From positions 62,001-126,000 of the forward strand of contig NEEC01000020.1 in the NCBI GenBank assembly GCA_002189035.1: a stretch of 64,000 bases of DNA, given 5' to 3'. The notes below the pieces were generated by a model. That model saw nothing but the letters and a program-made list of their open reading frames with translations, was not told the origin of the DNA and did no database searches. Shown in pieces: positions 62,384 through 64,000 of this stretch (positions within the stretch are counted from its first letter, which is position 1; each line of letters begins with the position of its first letter). A program made the position numbers and the translations under genes. The stretch is from Utricularia gibba. Lineage: Eukaryota > Plantae > Magnoliophyta.

Positions 62384-63934
62384 ATGCCCCTGCCTAACCC
62401 ATCTCAGTCTGTTCGATATATTGGCCCTGCGACAGCCACCGCCTCTGGCAACCTGGACGTCCTCAACCGGATTTTGGCTGATCTCTGTGTCCGGGGCACT
62501 CCTAAGGTATGACCATGGTATTTTGGTTTTGTTTAGAGTTCGTTTTGTGAGTAAATTTTTATTCTTTTTGTTTTGAGCACTGCATGAAATTATCTTTTTT
62601 GAACGTGGTTCTGAAGCATTCAGTCCCTGTGGACATTGAGGATTACAAAAAATGATATTTTGCTTTCATGATTGCACTGCTTTTCAGTTGATACTCTGAT
62701 TGTTCCTCCTTTGATTTTTCATTTTACTGCTTCATCACTTGATACCCCATGATTCCCTTACGAATTTATTTCTTGGTTTTCTGTGTTTTCAATATGTTTT
62801 GTACAATTTTAACGTATTGCAGGATGGGGCTGCTGCATTGTTGCGAAGGCATGTTGAGGAGCAAGCCCATGACCTCAGTGGCGAAGCATTTTCGCGTTTC
62901 ATGGATCAACTATATGACTATATCACCAGCCTCCTAGAAAGCAATGAGGTTACCGAAAATTTGGGGGCATTGAGGGCAATTGATGAGCTCATTGATGTTG
63001 GAATAAGGGAAAATGCTATGAAAGTTTCCAAGATTTCCAGTTATATGCGAACTGCATTTGAGGCAAAACGTGAACCCGAAATCTTAGTTTGTGCTAGTAG
63101 AGTTCTTGGACACATGGCCAGAGCTGGAGGAGCAATGACGGCTGATGAAGTAGAAAGGCTGGTATAGACATGTCTTTTGCGTCGGGTTCATATGGTCCGA
63201 CATTTTGCATCATTTGATCGTTGCTTTGCGTAGGTGAAACATGCATTAAATTGGCTTCTCGAGGATAGAGTCGAACATCGTCGTCTGGCAGCTGTTCTGA
63301 TTTTAAAAGTATGCTCCACTCATCATTCAACCCATTGCATCCATTTATTGTTGAAAATTGATGTGACTGTTTTGTAATTTTCTTTATCTTTTGTTGATAA
63401 TTATGATAGGAAATCGCAGAGAATGCTTCCACAGTCTTCAATGTGCATGTGCCTAAATTTGTGGATGCTATTTGGGTTGCCTTGAGGGATCCAAAGTTGG
63501 ATGTCAGGGAACATGCAGTTGAGGCTTTACGTGCTTGCCTCCAAGTCATTGAGAAGCGTGAAACCCGTTGGCGTGTGCAGTGGTAAGGAAGTGTCGTCTG
63601 GTGCATCCACAGATTATTGAGAACTGCTATTCCCTTCTTTTGGTGTCATATTTTAATTGCTCAACCTTCATGGCGTGTTAATGTCATTTACTTGATATTT
63701 CAAGGTTATTTATTATCAAATATTTGTCTGTATTCTAGTATCTTTCATTTGATTGCATGGACCCTTTTTAGCTATGTTTTACTAATGGGATCTTGTCTTG
63801 CCGGCGTTTGATCGCCTGGCTTGTGCTTATGGCAGGTATTATCGTATGTTTGAAGCCACACAAGATGGCTTGGGAAAGAATGCCCCTGTTCATAGTATAC
63901 ATGGTTCTCTTCTTGCAGTTGGAGAACTGCTGAG
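62384..63934 (+). CDS. TOR: Target of rapamycin kinase, N-terminal HEAT-repeat exons (gene continues beyond the window)
   Basis: Exons 62384-62506, 62823-63161, 63234-63308, 63410-63582, 63836-63934. Motifs: [85 protein letters not shown]. Confidence 0.96.
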
Positions 63935-64000
63935 GTAGGTTTAGGTCGTTTCTAATCTAAACAAACTGCTAATTTAGTTTCTCAATTGTGATAGATAATT

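Overview
Gene-dense nuclear DNA from a flowering plant, most likely a eudicot with a compact genome (most introns are about 70-120 nt). It holds about 23 protein-coding genes, 2 tRNAs and 1 ribosomal-protein pseudogene. In order: 3' part of arginine decarboxylase; double B-box BBX18/19-like; GH9B endoglucanase; GATA factor; small ATL RING-H2; RING protein; GRP7/8-like glycine-rich RNA-binding protein; tRNA-Gln(CUG); G-protein beta AGB1; DC1-domain protein; DPH3; CBP1/MEE14; POK2-like kinesin-12 (about 11 kb); B3 protein; RPL37a; a 6.7-kb gap with no recognisable gene; PUB25/26; Harbinger-derived (HARBI1/ALP1-like) protein; CCoAOMT; RPS16 pseudogene; SUD1/DOA10; UGT84A-like (frameshifted); ZAT10-like; tRNA-Pro(CGG); At1g50020-like plastid protein; 5' part of TOR. 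I found no clearly new multi-gene system. The observations most worth checking are: four GC-AG introns (three in neighbouring genes), a GRP7-type cryptic 5' splice site for AS-NMD autoregulation, a tRNA in the probable 3' UTR of a same-strand mRNA, a catalytically dead domesticated transposase, two single-base frameshifts (real or assembly error), and spliced-looking unannotated loci. Family assignments come from recognising motifs by eye; no database search was run.
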